Below the pieces are notes generated by a model that saw nothing but the letters and a program-made list of their open reading frames with translations, did not search any database and was not told the origin of the DNA. A DNA stretch of 63,335 nucleotides, filler included, from Lenisia limosa (taxonomy: Eukaryota > Protista > Breviatea), in assembly GCA_001655205.1 (NCBI GenBank). It is 11 parts of 11 records of this genome, joined end to end, with 100 filler letters (N's around TTAATTAATTAA, not from the genome) between each part and the next. Parts side by side here need not be neighbours in the genome. Positions count along the whole stretch, not along the records: positions 11,243 to 19,150 come from LPNZ01009322.1; positions 19,251 to 23,229 come from LPNZ01010138.1; positions 23,330 to 45,837 come from LPNZ01002850.1; 8 more parts are not named here. One strand, given 5' to 3'. The position numbers were made by a program, and so were the translations under genes. Shown here one piece after another: positions 12,888-26,984 of the stretch (position 1 is the stretch's first letter; the number at the start of each line of letters is the position of its first letter).

Positions 12888-15800
12888 TGGCGTCACACCT
12901 CACTGACGCCCATCAGAAGGCTGCGGATGGGGACTATCAGGGCCTTCTCGAGGTCCTTCAGAAGGACCCTCTTTCGGTCAACAGGAAGTGCCTCGAATGG
13001 GTGGGATGGTGATGGCTTTGTCTTGTTGTAGGGATTTCAGGGAAATGTTTGTATCTTTTCCTTGCAAAGGGGGGTAGTTTGGGTAATACAATGACCATCT
13101 AATTTTTGGAGTATCTTCTGCTTGTGTCCTCTTGACTTTGTCTGGTTTTAGCGATTGTTGTTTTTTGTTTGGAGTTTCAGATTATTCAAATACGCCAATA
13201 TTTTTCATTGCAATTTCCTTCTTTTTACCCCCCTCCCATATCAACTATCCACTCGTGTGATAATTGACCTGCAAGTCTCAATGAGTCTCACCATCGGGGG
13301 AAACCCTAATGTTATCTTCATTCATCATTTTGATCTTATTTATCTTCCTTCATTATTTCGCTCATATTTATCTTCCTTCATCATTTCGACCATATTTAAC
13401 TTCCTTCATTTCAACACCATATTTAACTTCCTTCACCATTTCAACACCATATTTAACTTCCTTCACCATTTCAACACCATATTTAACTCCGGCAGTTAGA
13501 CCGAACTCCCCTGCATATGGCATGTGCAAGGGGCCATTTGTCGCTCGTTTGGGCCCTTTTGGAGGCGGGTGCTGACCCCTCAATCCAAAGCGATGTGTGT
13601 CCTGGGTAACATGGCTTCACATCGGTTCGATTAATACCGGTATAATATCGAGGATTTATCGAGAAATTCAGTCTTTTTTCGAACCCAAGTAAAATTGTAT
13701 CCTATGATATGAATTAAGGTCCAAGCAGATACGAGGTCAAGAGAAACAATACATGGCACTATATCAAAGCCCTTATCCATCTTCAATCAATCGCAATGCA
13801 ACAATAACTATTCTCTCCTGGTAGAGGGATACTCCCCCCAACAATCCCTCTCTGCAGACCTGATCCCTCAGTCCTGCTGGACCTGCTTGCACCAAGCCTG
13901 CGCGTCAGGATACCCTAAGATTGTCGCAGCCCTTGTTGCCGAAGGTACTGACCTCATAGCGTCTGACAAGGTTGGCTTGCTACTGGTTCTAGGCTCAAGT
14001 ACATTTAGTCTTGGCTCAAGTACATTTAATCTAGGCTCAATACATACAATCTAGGCTCAAGTTCATTTAATATACAGTTACTGGGGTAAGTCTTGACCGA
14101 TTTGCTTCGTGATTTCCCAAGGAAAATAGGTCAAGACTTATCTTGATTGTACTCCTCCTAGGTTATGCACCCCTACCCTAGGTTATGCAATATCTCAATT
14201 CCCCCTTTGTTGAATCCTTGGCCTAAGTAATAACCCTCGATTATGATCGATTATATCAGCGTTATGGGGCTGGTATGAAGCCCAAAAATTGATAACTCTT
14301 CATCACTCGTCAAATATAAGTAATTTTGGATAGTTTGCACTCTTTCTAAGATAAAAAGATGATAACATGAATCTTGATGAATAAGAGGTTTCTGTACTGA
14401 AGGAAAGACCTGATTATAACAGCATAGAGCTTACTTCTTATATCACGCTTACTTCTTATATGTATAACTCAGCATAAGATGGTTGTTGGTACTTACTTCT
14501 GATATAACGCAGCATAAGAAAGTAGCTGATGCTACTCTTTACAAAGAAACAGAGATGATGATATGAATCTTGATGATGATGAGGTCATTCTGTACAGAAG
14601 GAAAGACTTGATTATAACCAAGCATAACAAAGTAGCTTATGCTTACTTTGCAGCAAGGCTGGTCTGCACTGCACTTCGCTGTCCATTCACAGAGTCGGCT
14701 CTGTTCCGAGGTTTTACTCGCAGCCGAGCCTCGTTTGATTCGATCTGTAGATCTGGTGGGTTAAAGCTTGAAATAGGAACTTCTTAATGTTAAATTAACA
14801 GGCTGTGTATTTCTAGCCAAAGCCGTCCACTCTATCATTTGCATATCCTCTCAAGATAGCATAGAATGGTATTGATTATGTTACCCATTATTTATCCCAA
14901 AGTACTGGCTGAATTAACGCTGCTCTATTATCAGATACAACCTATTTTTATTCCATATAATCACGTTTCACATCTCTACATATCATCACGTGAGCTTCAA
15001 ACCAAGACTAAATTCAAGAAATATTGATTTGTTTCAAGTCTTTTCCTAATCCAAATAGGAAGGTAAAACAGCCCTCCACCATGCGACGGCGAATGCTGAC
15101 TTTGACTTTTGTAACTACCTGATATTGCGCCACGCGGATCCCCTAATACGAAATAGTGTTTGCAGGACTGTGATATGAAAGTGTGTTTGCTTGGCTGTGA
15201 TAAAGAGTGTTCGCTTGGAATGTAGAGATTATGTTTGATAATTGCCCTATTTGATAAGAAATTGTGGAGTCTTTGGAATACAGGCGCAAACCTATTAATA
15301 TAGATATTCTTGCCTCTGAATTGATTAAGCAATGACTCAGCAGAACGGACAGTCCCCTCTTGCCATTGCATGTGCCAACAACAACACTGAAATTGCGGCT
15401 CTCTTCTCAGCCGCTGTAATGGCTTTCAACGCCTCCAAGCCGCCCCTACCAAAAGTGCGTTCTGCTCCTCGTGTTTTTCTGTTTTGTGTCTATTGGACTC
15501 AGGGTTTTTGGTTTGAATAAGTGCGGAAGTTGGTGGTAGGTTCTGGTAGGAGAGGTATCAAGGGGTTAGTATTACACTGAGAATGAAGAAAAAAGAGTCA
15601 TTTCTAGGATAACGGGGAAAAGTGAGGAAATACATAAATATGGAGGGGGGTTTGAACCGAGATATTCTGACGTATTTGGAAGCTAAAGCACTGTAGATCG
15701 CAGCACCTCTCCCCAAGCGGCTGTACTTAGCCCACAATAAAGCGTCGGAACTGAAGAAAGCCACTCCACCGGTAACAAACTCTCCCCCTTGCCTCACGAT

Positions 15801-18615
15801 ACAGCCGCAAGAACCAGCTGACAGCGCAAGTCAAGACGCAACGGACCAAGCCGACAGCGCAGGTGAAGACGCAACGGACAAAGACGAAGCGCCGAGCCTT
15901 GAGGAAATGGACGACGACCAGCTGCTGTCGAAGGCCTTAGATCATTTGTCGATGTCAGGACCTAGAGGTCCGGAGGCGGAGCTGAGGTGGAAGTTCTTTC
16001 TTCAGGATGTCCGATCAGGTCCGTTAATGAGCCAATTAAAGGCATCAATGATGCCTTATTTATGTAATAAAATGCCTCATATATACCAGCTAATTCTCCT
16101 TTCTTATACATGTGACAATCATAGTATTTTGTGTAGAAAAGAGAACCTACCTGACCCCTTTCCAGTTCACGCCCCTCCGCCGCCGCACATTTCAGCCAGC
16201 AGCAGCCCCACCCCTGACCGAATCCGAACACCTTCGGCCTCTGCCCTCCCTCCCATGCTTCTGCCTGCAACCCCAGGTAAACAGAGTATTTTTCTTGCAA
16301 ATGACTCACATTTGCAGCTGGTCGGACGTCGCGTTCGCAGTCAGTCGTGGCCCCTCAGATCGGCAGATCGGCATGTCAGCCTGTCACCAGCACCGTGTTG
16401 ACATCAACGGTTCCGTCACCCTTACGCCCACATGCGGTTGTCACNNNNNNNNNNNNNNNNNNNNNNNNNNNNNNNNNNNNNNNNNNNNNTCACGCTCAAC
16501 ACTACGCCCCACGCCTGTTTCCACGCCACTTCGCGTGTCGGACTCCCCCTTTTCCGGCCAGCAGTACCCGGGGTATGACGAGACCAGCACGGTGTTCCAG
16601 AAGGCCCCCGCGCCCAGCATCCCCGATATTGATGACGTCATGTCCCGGGCCGACACGGAGGAGTTTGTGTTTGAGCCGAGTGACGCGGCCCTTTCCGAAG
16701 CCGCCCACGCCGAGCCTAAAATTGATGACGTGTCAACCGACGGTCTGTTCGCCATCCTCTGGAATAGAATCCAGAAAGACAACTCCAAAGTAGGTTGTTT
16801 CACGCATCTGGCAGAAGCTGAAATGTAAACATCAAAAACAACTGGCTATATATTGTGGATTAGTGTGTTGGGCTTCTTGACTGTTTAGCTCCGAGCCGAA
16901 GTCACAACTCTCCGTCGGCAGTTGGAGGCCGCCGTGGACAGTGAAGCCAGAGCAGTGGAACAGGTTGGATGAGGCTATAGTGCAAGTGACGGTGTTAGTC
17001 ATCATGCTGAGACGACATTCTTGGGCTTTTTTTTTTTGTTTTTTGAGAACTCTTCAATGTTTAGCTGGTGGATTGATTGTTGCTTTCTGTTTATTAGTGA
17101 CGGGATGCGGNNNNNNNNNNNNNNNNNNNNNNNNNNNNNNNNNNNNNNNNNNNNNNNNNNNNNNNNNNNNNNNNNNNNNNNNNNNNNNNNNNNNNNNNNN
17201 NNNNNNNNNNNNNNNNNNTTTTGTTTCATAAATTTTCCAATTTTACTGTCCCCCCCTCCCCCCAGGCAGCGCTAAAGGTTGAAGAGTGTCAGAAACTCGA
17301 GGAGCTTGCCAGGAGGAGACGGCAGGAAAACGACGAAATCAAAACACAGGTGTGGGGGTAATGAATCTTCAAGAACTTGTTTTAGAAAATAGGTACAGTG
17401 ACCGGATAAGTCTTGACTGATTGGCTATATTATTTCCCATTGAAAATCGGTCAAGACTTATCCCGGTCACGGTATTCATGTACATACATAGGGATATAGT
17501 TATATTACTTATCAAAGGAGAGAGTGAATAAGGATGATATTCATTGTTCAATAAACTCTGTTCCGTTGAGGGGTTTGTTCAGAGACGACAAAGTGTTATA
17601 TCCTTCGTTTTCATTGGGGAGGGGATGGTTGTTGGTGCATGGATGGAGGGTAACCAATTCAGCATGTTACTGTTGGTGAGCTTATCACGGTCAAATATGT
17701 CTATTTCATTTCCAGGTGGGAGATGCCTGCCATTCTGCAGAAAGTGCCCGAGAACGTTTAACACAGTTACAAAAGAAACATGCTCTTCTTGACTCCAAGG
17801 TATCTTATTTTCTGTTCTCTTTTGATGTATTTATTCAATATTCGTTTGTACTTTGTTTACCTTCAGGTCCGGAAGCACATGACCTGTCCGCTCTCCGGCC
17901 AGCTCCTGCACACACCGGTGTTGGCCTCCGATGGCGTGATCTACGACTCGAAAGCCATCAGAACGTTCATTTCTACGCATGTCTTGGAAAGGTTTGCTTG
18001 CCACTCACAAATGTCCTGCATTTAGAATGATATCTTCTTTTTTGACTTACTCTGAACTCCTCCTTCCTTTGTGTTTATATCCGACGACTGGCCTGGGCTG
18101 TTTGTTTTGTTGTTTGTTTTGTCAACTCTGGTGTGTTGTCAGCCAAATAAATTTTCCAATTNNNNNNNNNNNNNNNNNNNNNNNNNNNNNNNNNNNNNNN
18201 NNNNNNNNNNNNNNNNNNNNNNNNNNNNNNNNNNNNNNNNNNNNNNNNNNNNNNNNNNNNNNNNNNNNNNNNNNNNNNNNNNNNNNNNNTGGATGGGGAT
18301 GAGATTAAGTTTGCCCCTCAATTTGGCCTGAGTCCTGTCACTGGGGAGCCCTTAACTAAAGAGGTTTGTTGCTGCAATATTGCCATATTAATATTGTTAT
18401 TACAATTTTATTCTTCACAAATGTTTCATATGCTAAGGTCCAAAATTATGTCGTTGTTTCGAATTTATGTCGTTCATTATTTACGGTCGCCAAATCAGCT
18501 CTTCTCCTTCAAAACTGTAATATATTTCTGAAATATATTATACTATTTGTTTATGAAGGGAAACAAAGAAAAAAAATAACCTTTCAAAAATTTTTTTTTT
18601 TGCAAGATCGGTAAA
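12888..18615 (+). CDS. Ankyrin-repeat, coiled-coil and C-terminal U-box protein (putative E3 ligase)
   Basis: Ankyrin exons RTPLHMACARGHLSLV, WTCLHQACASGYPKIVAALVAEG, GWSALHFAVHSQ and NGQSPLAIACANNNTEIAALF. An acidic/proline-rich middle and coiled-coil exons follow. U-box MTCPLSGQLLHTPVLASDGVIYDSKAI ... SPVTGEPL. The 3' end is approximate. Confidence 0.8.
13385..13490. repeat. Intronic tandem repeat, about 27-30-bp unit x3-4
   Basis: CACCATATTTAACTTCCTTCACCATTTCAA repeated. Confidence 0.85.
13612..13703. mobile_element. MITE family 1, degenerate copy; further degenerate copies at about 11557-11658, 36452-36520 and 57107-57175
   Basis: GGCTTCACATCGGTTCG...TCGAGGATTTATCGAGAAATTCAGTCTTTTTTCGAACC. 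Confidence 0.75.
13988..14070. repeat. Intronic tandem repeat, about 21-bp unit x4
   Basis: CTAGGCTCAAGTACATTTAAT variants. Confidence 0.85.
14075..14149. mobile_element. MITE family 2 copy; a solo right end also lies at about 8588-8612
   Basis: TA|CAGTTACTGGGGTAAGTCTTGACC...GGTCAAGACTTATCTTGATTG|TA. Confidence 0.8.
17396..17472. mobile_element. Tc1/mariner-type MITE, family 2 (TA TSD)
   Basis: TA|CAGTGACCGGATAAGTCTTGAC...GTCAAGACTTATCCCGGTCACGG|TA. Confidence 0.85.
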
Positions 18616-20439
18616 CTTTATCACGATTTTTTTTTTTTTTTTTAGNNNNNNNNNNNNNNNNNNNNNNNNNNNNNNNNNNNNNNNNNNNNNNNNNNNNNNN
18701 NNNNNNNNNNNNNNNNNNNNNNNNNNNNNNNNNNNNNNNNNNNNNNNNNNNNNNNNNNNNNNNNNNNNNGGTCACAGAAAATTGAATTAACGACAATAAT
18801 CCGAATTAACGACATAGTTTAGGACCTCGGGCATGTAGTATCAGAAAAAAAAGGGCAGTATCTGGCAGAAGCCGTCATACTATTAGCATATGACTATTTA
18901 GGTGAAACCAATACGAAAACCGGATCTCTCCCTCTTGGCAGCTTTGTCCAAATGAATGTTAAATAGGCTACTAAATCTATGATTTCTTAAATACAATACA
19001 GGTCCTGTACACTACTACAACTACAATTCTCTACCATTATTCGCATTCCACAAAAACGACTTTCTTTGGCGTCTGCAGAACCGTTGGCGACATACTACTC
19101 GCGGCCGGCAGCACCAGTGGTTGGCTGTTGGGCTCTAGCGCTGGGAGGCCNNNNNNNNNNNNNNNNNNNNNNNNNNNNNNNNNNNNNNNNNNNNTTAATT
19201 AATTAANNNNNNNNNNNNNNNNNNNNNNNNNNNNNNNNNNNNNNNNNNNNCAATGAAGCCCGGGTCTCCTGATGACCCGTCCACTTTCTCTTGGGAAGTT
19301 AGCAAAGACTCACCGACAAAAACGTCGGTGAAATCGCCGGCTGCCCTCCCGGGACCCCCCAGTGCTAACGGTTAGCAATGAATCGAGGTGTCTGGTCTGA
19401 TACTGTAGCGCCGAGGTCGCACGGACACCTTCCGCCGCCGTCCCCCGCCGCTCTCACTCCCTCTAGCGCTGAGGGCACTCCAAGAACTCCCTCGTAGGCT
19501 GGACGGGACTATCTTTAAANNNNNNNNNNNNNNNNNNNNNNNNNNNNNNNNNNNNNNNNNNNNNNNNNNNNNNNNNNNNNNNNNNNNNNNNNNNNNNNNN
19601 NNNNNNNNNNNNNNNNNNNNNNNNNNNNNNNNNNNNNNNNNNNNNNNNNNNNNNNNNNNNNNNNNNNNNNNNNNNNNNNNNNNNNNNNNNNNNNNNNNNN
19701 NNNNNNNNNNNNNNNNNNNNNNNNNNNNNNNNNNNNNNNNNNNNNNNGTTTTTTTTTTTGTTAGCTTCATGTATCTTATTTCTTTTTGTTTGTTTCCTTT
19801 GATTTCTTTCTGAGTTTTTGATATAGTCCTTTCTTCTTTATTCAGGAAGTCCACAAATCCACAAAAGATTAAAGAGGATGAGTGGATGATACCGGTCAGT
19901 GTGGGTCAGCACTGCCAGTCAGGCCAGTTGTTCCTCCAAGGTTCCAAGGAGGCATATATATATATTGTCATTGAGTCATTGTATGCACACACCGAACATT
20001 CCCCCCCTCTCTATATCACAGTTTGGATCTTCAATTCAAAAAAAAAAACGAAATAACCTTAATATTTGTATAATATATATATATCTATCTATACACCACA
20101 AAACAGGAGGAAAGAGTTTAATTGTGTTAATAATAATAGAAGGAGAATTTTAGAACCTGAGAAGACGAATTGATAAGTTGGATATGTTTTGAGCTGATCA
20201 CCAAATTCGATTCCCATATTTGCTGAATGGAGGGCACCACTGACTCTCCTCCCCCGAAAATTGCGCGAATAGAACAAATTGAAGCCAATATGAGGAAGCC
20301 ACGAATGGCGAAACCCTCTGCTACTCCAAAACCCCTTTCAATTTCAAGTTGGTTTTGATGTTGCTGTTTTTTTTAGCAAGTTTTGCTCCTTCATTAGCTC
20401 CCTTGTGTTTTGTTTGACCATTTTGTTTCCAACATTTCA

Positions 20440-22325
20440 GAAAGCTTCGACCCAGTTGCCGAGGCGGAAGCTCTCAAAGCGCTTCAGAAACTGACAAAGG
20501 ACCACGGAATGCAAAGCGGTGACCATCTCTTTGACTGTAANNNNNNNNNNNNNNNNNNNNNNNNNNNNNNNNNNNNNNNNNNNNNNNNNNNNNNNNNNNN
20601 NNNNNNNNNNNNNNNNNNNNNNNNNNNNNNNNNNNNNNNNNNNNGACTTTTTTGCCATAACTTTTGCAGACGACAGTACAGCGAACAGTGCCGTCATGAA
20701 TGAGAGGCCGTGGATGAGGAAGTAGGTCATGGCATTATTTGCTAACCAGCACAGCCCCTCCTTGTTCAAAAATGTCAAAATATCGGCAGTTGCCCTTCTT
20801 AAGATGGTGAGCTAGCATTGAAACTTGTGGTTATAAAACAGTTAATGATTCTCGATACTTTTCTCATTTCTTATTCCATCCATCTTATCCCTGCCCCAGG
20901 TTACCCACGCGGTTTCCGGTGGAAGCTTGGAAGTGATGGGCATCATGAGAGGCTGGGTTGATGGAGATACCATGGTGAGTAGGTTTCTGATAAAATTACA
21001 CTTGGCGTGGATGGGCTATTTTTAATCACTCAGATTGTTGTTGATGCCTTCTCGCTCCCAGTAGAAGGAACTGAAACTCGTGTCAACGCCCAGGTTTGCT
21101 GGATTTCTTTCTTTCTTTCTTTCTTTTCATACATCCATAAAATGTCGTTCTGCTGGACCCCTTTCTCCAACAAAGTATTAGAAGAACTAAATATTCGATA
21201 AAACATGGACGTTATTGACCACACGGACAGAGGCAAGTTATTGACCACACGGACAGAGGCAAGTTATTGACCACACAGGCTGACGCCAACGAGTACCTTG
21301 TGGCCGAACTGTCAAGACTGAAGGAAATGGGGCGTATTGAAAACGCCATTGGGTGGTATCATTCGTTTGTGGGGTTGTATAATATACACTATATGTATAG
21401 TTATATTATGTGTGTACATATATATCTATATGATTGTGAGTGATTGATCTGGGTAAATGTTGTTTCAAGCGTTCTGGGGTGCTTTACACCACAGACACCC
21501 AGGATACGGATGCTGGCTTTCAGGTATCGATGTCGCCACCCAAAAGTTGAACCAGACGTTCCAGGACCCTTGGCTTGCCGTCGTTGTGGGTAGGGGCTTG
21601 GAACGACAAAGATACACAAAGGTAGTATTACAATATGATTGGAATAGTTTGCTGGGTAGTACTCATAGATTTCATTGAGAGTGTTGCCATCACAGACTGA
21701 TCTTCAAGGTCGACCCCATCCGAACATTGTCTTCAGGCCGCGTAGACGTTGGAGCTTTTAGAACATACCCGGAAAACTACATCCCAACAAACCAGGACGG
21801 AGCACAGTGGCAATCAATTCCTCAGCAGAAAATCGAAGACTTTGGAGTCCATTGTAATTTGTGGGCATTATGTTGTGGCATCTTTCCGAAAATGGTATAC
21901 TTGGGGAACTTCTGATAGATATTCAGGTATTACCCTCTTAACGTGTCGTTTTTCCACTCCTCTCGAGACACACAGGCCGTTGCTGCGTTACAGCAGTCTT
22001 TTTGGGTGGATTCTGTGGCACAAAATACGTCAAAAGAAGTAGGTATCTGACTTGGTAATATATATTATATACTATATCATATTGTTGAAACGCAGTACAT
22101 TTTTTACTCTTGAGATTGAAGAGTACCGATGTGAATTATACGAGGATGTCCTGTCCAAAACACAGAAGGCGGTTTCAAAAATGGGAAAGGTGAGCAGACA
22201 GGGCAATGGATTAATCACCTTGAAACATTGGTTAAAGTTGCGTTTCTTTCCCATTGATACAATTTAGGGGTCACGACGGATCTGTACACAGGACATTTCA
22301 CTCGCAACACAAGACGCGTAGGAAG
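20440..22325 (+). CDS. CSN5: COP9 signalosome subunit 5 (JAMM deneddylase)
   Basis: [52 protein letters not shown]|[16 protein letters not shown] (JAMM motif intact across an intron) and [12 protein letters not shown]...KIEDFGVHC. Both ends are approximate. Confidence 0.95.
21211..21278 (+). repeat. 26-bp tandem repeat overlapping the branch point and 3' splice site of a CSN5 intron
   Basis: GTTATTGACCACACGGACAGAGGCAA x2, then GTTATTGACCACACAG|GCTGAC, which is the acceptor of the ADANEY exon. Confidence 0.85.
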
Positions 22326-23556
22326 GGCAATTCCGTCTGAGCATTTTATCCTTTCTTAAAACCGATCCTCTATTGTTTTTTTTTTTAAAGCAATCTTGTT
22401 TTACAATTTACACCTTCATTATGCACCTCAAAGAATGATTATTCTGAGAAGACTTCTTTAATCCTGTTATTCTGAAATCATAATACCTTTAGAAAAAGAG
22501 CGGCCGAAGTTGCAATGAGATCCTTCAATTCACACAAAGCACAACAGGTAACTTGATTGAGACGTTCCAACTTTTTAGATGATATTCACTCCTGGCTCTA
22601 TTGAAACAGAAAACTGCAAAAACCCTGAAGAAACACTTGTTAAGAAGACCCCAACAACGGAAGAAGAACTGCCTATTGGCAAAGGTTAGAGTGCCTCTTT
22701 CCCCAAAAAAGAAGATCCGCCTTCTGTTCCCCCCCGCCTTCTGTTCCCCCAAATCAGCAATCATTGTTGTAGTTCAGCCGATGGATCCTGAGTCTGGAGA
22801 GCAAGCAGAAGCCCCCTCTGTTCTGAGTGTGTCCATATGATAAAAGTTGTGATAAGCTACGTTTTTTTACATATCATATAATACATTTGCAAACATTTTA
22901 GTAAGTGCTGCATTCGCCATATGGCACATACCTGGATTAAGTAAGACAGCAAGCAAATTCTCTCATCTGGAGGACCAGTTCCTAGGCCTACTCAGCAACG
23001 CTTCGGACGTCTTTGGACTGGTCAATTTGGTATTCCATAAACAGACTTGAAGCAAGGATATCAGCAGGCTGAATTGTAAATAGCTATTGGTAGCAAATCC
23101 CACGTAACCAAAATGTCACAATTCACAATTTTAATAATACATACATACTTTATGCTCCCGCACCAAAACCCCGTCATTATTGAATTTAGGGAGAAATACG
23201 CTTGAAATGATTTTTCTTTTTATGACATGNNNNNNNNNNNNNNNNNNNNNNNNNNNNNNNNNNNNNNNNNNNNTTAATTAATTAANNNNNNNNNNNNNNN
23301 NNNNNNNNNNNNNNNNNNNNNNNNNNNNNTTTGTTTTTGGTAAATTAATACCAGACTTGCTTATCGGCTTATTACTTTTCCTTCTAGGTACGTAGCAAGA
23401 CAAAACGAGGAAGGAGAAGGGTACAAAAAGCTCCAAATGCTAGGGTATGCTTGACTGTCCAACAACCTCAAGAAGCCCCTTGAAATATTTTTTTTCTTTT
23501 TTTCTATTTTCAATTTGCACTTATATGCGGAATAGGAGTCGGAATCTGCGGCGGCG

Positions 23557-26500
23557 ATGTGCGCCTCCGGTTCGGAGCTGAGGGCCATTGGTCAGTTGGA
23601 CTTCCTGATTGAGGGACTTTCATCGGACAACTCGGTTGCTGTTCGAGGCCAGAGCTTCTTGTCCCTCGCAAATGAAGCTGTGAGGACGGCTTCTCATATC
23701 CTTTTTTGTCATCCTTTTCTTATTCCTAGTCCGTCACAACTACCATGATGATGATGAGAGTTGAAGGAATGGTTCCAAGATGTATAACTCCAATGATTGA
23801 CNNNNNNNNNNNNNNNNNNNNNNNNNNNNNNNNNNNNNNNNNNNNNNNNNNNNNNNNNNNNNNNNNNNNNNNNNNNNNNNNNNNNNNNNNNNNNNNNNNN
23901 NNNNNNNNNNNTCAGCAGCAGCTTGTTTGTTCAATGTTCTTGCTCGAGATTCGGCCAACCACGAACTGTTCACCTCATCTTGCTATGCCTCGATTCGCCC
24001 ACTCATGGCGTAAGCAAACACGAGCTTAATTTATACAGTTAAAACTCGGGATATTGGTTTTTGTGACAGTACGACTCGCCATCATATGATATGATATATC
24101 ATATGTCAGAGGAAAAACAGGTGTCTTCCTTGAATAGCTTTCTCATACAAACGAGGAAATAAATGACATTTCCAGTGGCCGCCTTGTTGATGTCTCGCTT
24201 GATTCATTGGTGCCCACGCCAGGGTTTGGTGACGTGTCGTGTGACGCAATTCGCCACGCCTCAGGCGCATTTGCTGTCGATATTGTGGCTGCGGAGTGTA
24301 TCCCTACTCCTCCTGTGGTAAGTTGCTATTTCATCATTTGTTATCTTTGGACTCCCCCAACAGAGACAATTCGAAAAGTCTCTTTAATGGTCCTAGAGAG
24401 ATGCAGTAGCTGCTGTTTTGGGACACAAAGATGGAGATTTGGACATTATTGTAGGCTGTTATTGTAGATTTTATGGAGTTACATTGTTCTTATGAATTCA
24501 GCTTGAGTCTTGTGTATTTAAAACAATATTTAACATAATATCTTACAAAATAGTGCTCAGGCCCAATTTTGATGTATGACGCCCTTTGCGGACTTTGCTA
24601 CGCATATGCTGACGCTCGGGACATGATCAGAGAAGAAGGAATTCTTGCCTCGGTTCGTTGTGAAGTTGCTAAACACTCTTACCGTCTAGTCCTGTGAGCA
24701 AGTCAAATATGGGGCCACAATGGTGAGAGAATTGGAAGAAGCCTGCTCTGACCACAGAAGAGAAAAGGTAAGGGTTCCTCCGTATTGAGAATTTCTTTTC
24801 TTACCCCTAAGATCAAATCTAACCTGCCGGTTCGTTGGCAATGGCAAGGCATTCGTATGGTTGCCGCCCTCAGCCTCTTAGAGTCCGCCATCATTAAACA
24901 ATCACGAAACAAAGTCAGGCTCAACTCCTATGGGGTTATTGAATCTAGATAATTGATGTATTCGTTTCTTATACCACGTATTATGGTACAACCATATAAA
25001 AGCTGGCATTTAATTCATATTACTTTTTTGCTCTAAATGTCACGATTTGTTCCCAATTTCTAACGGTTTAGGCTGCCTTGATTTCATTTCAGTTCGACAT
25101 AGCAGTAACAATGATATCTGTGATTAGCAGGACTTCATGTTTGTGGAGTGGAAAGTTCTTTTTTTTTTGAAGAAATACACTGTTTTCTTTCTGATTCTTT
25201 CAGCCATTCTCTCGTCTACGACCCCTCGTTCCCCTCCCGCAATCCTTTGTAAGGTCGAATCTGTATGTTACAAATTCACTCTCTTTAGGCCTTGAACTTC
25301 TCACTGCATCTCTTCGCCTTCTTGTCAACCTCACAAATCATTTCCCAGAATCATCCAAGTATGTTGGGTAAAGATTGGCTAATAACATTTATACCGTGAT
25401 TGAGGACAGCTTTGGACCTCTTTCTATTTCTACATGTATAATTACAAGTTCTTAGATTTGTGACCATTTCAGGTCCATTTCTTCTGCCAGTGGTGCTAAT
25501 GGCTGTCAAACTGTTATTTCTGTAAGCTAAGTCAATGTTTAACTATCCAGTCAATTGTGAACCTGACCGTTTTGCCTTTGGAGTGTCTTGGAGACCATGC
25601 ATTTGATTTGGTGCGTTTCTCATTTGGAGCTTTCTTTACTTCTAGGTCTTGCCTGCCCTGGTGCTTTTGGTGAATCTTCTTGAGGACAATGACGAGTTTC
25701 GTGAAGGCTTTTCTTCAGCGTGTACGAAGGGCTTCTCTTTGTCTCGAAAATAAACTAGGATCCGTCCCATATCCCATAATGATATTATCCATGCCTTTGC
25801 TGTTTACTTCTAATTCCTTCAGCAGTTTTAATTGAAGGAAAGACTATTTCGTGCATTGAAGCAATTATTCAGTAAGCTTGAGTTTCTCGATTTTACAGAT
25901 TAGATTCTTTGAAAGCAAACCTCTGATTCGTTCATCTTCGGAGCGAACCAAAGAGGAGGCTCAGGTTTGCACCTCTCTTGTCCCTAATTGCGCTGAATGT
26001 TATTCTTCTCTGATATTTTTACACTGGTCATTGATTTATTATATTTCATTTCTCTATTGTTTGATCATTACGTCATGTTTTGCCACTCTCTTCTCACACT
26101 TCAAGGCTGATACGGAAGCAAACATCATTGCCAGTTATGCTGCTCTCTTAATCGGATGTATTGTCAGAAATCATTCAAAGAACCGCTCCAAAACGCTCAG
26201 TACGAATCACATTCTCCCTTCTCAATTTCGTAGTGCTTCTCCCCACACATAGTTTCGATAGCTTGGCATCTCTGTTAGTTGAGTTTATTGCTTATCAAGA
26301 GCAAGTCGAGGTTGGCATTGTGAATATAGCAAGGCTTCTGAAGTTTTTTCTTTTCTTTTACCACCAGGTACTGACTGATGAATCCCGTCATGGTTGTGCT
26401 AAAATCGCGGAGGAGTTGGCAGATGCTTCGCCGAACTCAGAAGAAGAAATTGGTCGGTTTACTGAATCTCACGTGAATCAAATGGATGATTGACCAAGGC

Positions 26501-26824
26501 TCATCATTTAGAAATTGCCAACTTGGCAAGACAAGCCGGTTTGAAGCTTCAAACACTCGCAAGATTCTCTGTTACAGGTTAGACACAGAGGACGGTGACT
26601 TACTTTCAGGTGACGAAAAGGAGCCAAAAGAAGAAAAGGTTGTTGAGAAAGAAAACAAAAGGTGGGTATTTCAGTTGTTTTTGAATATGACCAAACGAAA
26701 TTCTGGTGACAGTTTTAGTCCGAAAGCCAAGACCGAAAGACGAAACCGTCGTAAAGAGACACCACGTTCCCTTAAGGACACGGAAGGTGGAGAAGTCGTT
26801 CTCAAGAGAGCAGCGAAGAACTAG
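23557..26824 (+). CDS. WAPL: Wings apart-like cohesin release factor (WAPL domain), multi-exon
   Basis: GQLDFLIEGLSSDNSVAVRGQSFLSLA, FNVLARD, ASLRLLVNLTN, GLALLVNLLEDN and EANIIASYAALLIGCI...LLVEFIAY match WAPL domain segments in order. The 5' end is probably cut by the spacer; the 3' end is uncertain (26493 or 26824). Confidence 0.85.
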
Positions 26825-26984
26825 GGGACTTTGTATTAATTGTAGTTAATTAATGGATGTATGTTGTATTCTTAGGCTGTGTGGCCAATGCGTTGAATGG
26901 TGCTCCGAGTGATCGTTTCAACCACCAAAAAATATAATGGATGGTTAAATATAATACAAATATTACAGATCCAAATCCCAAAAT

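Noticed and set aside
14340-14640. Duplicated block of about 80-100 bp and the 74-aa ORF 14563-14787
   Set aside because: It is an intronic local duplication. The real exon there is the ankyrin repeat in another frame.
21350-21510. Apparent JAMM substitution (HRHPG) in the ORF track
   Set aside because: Correct splicing gives [17 protein letters not shown], which is intact.
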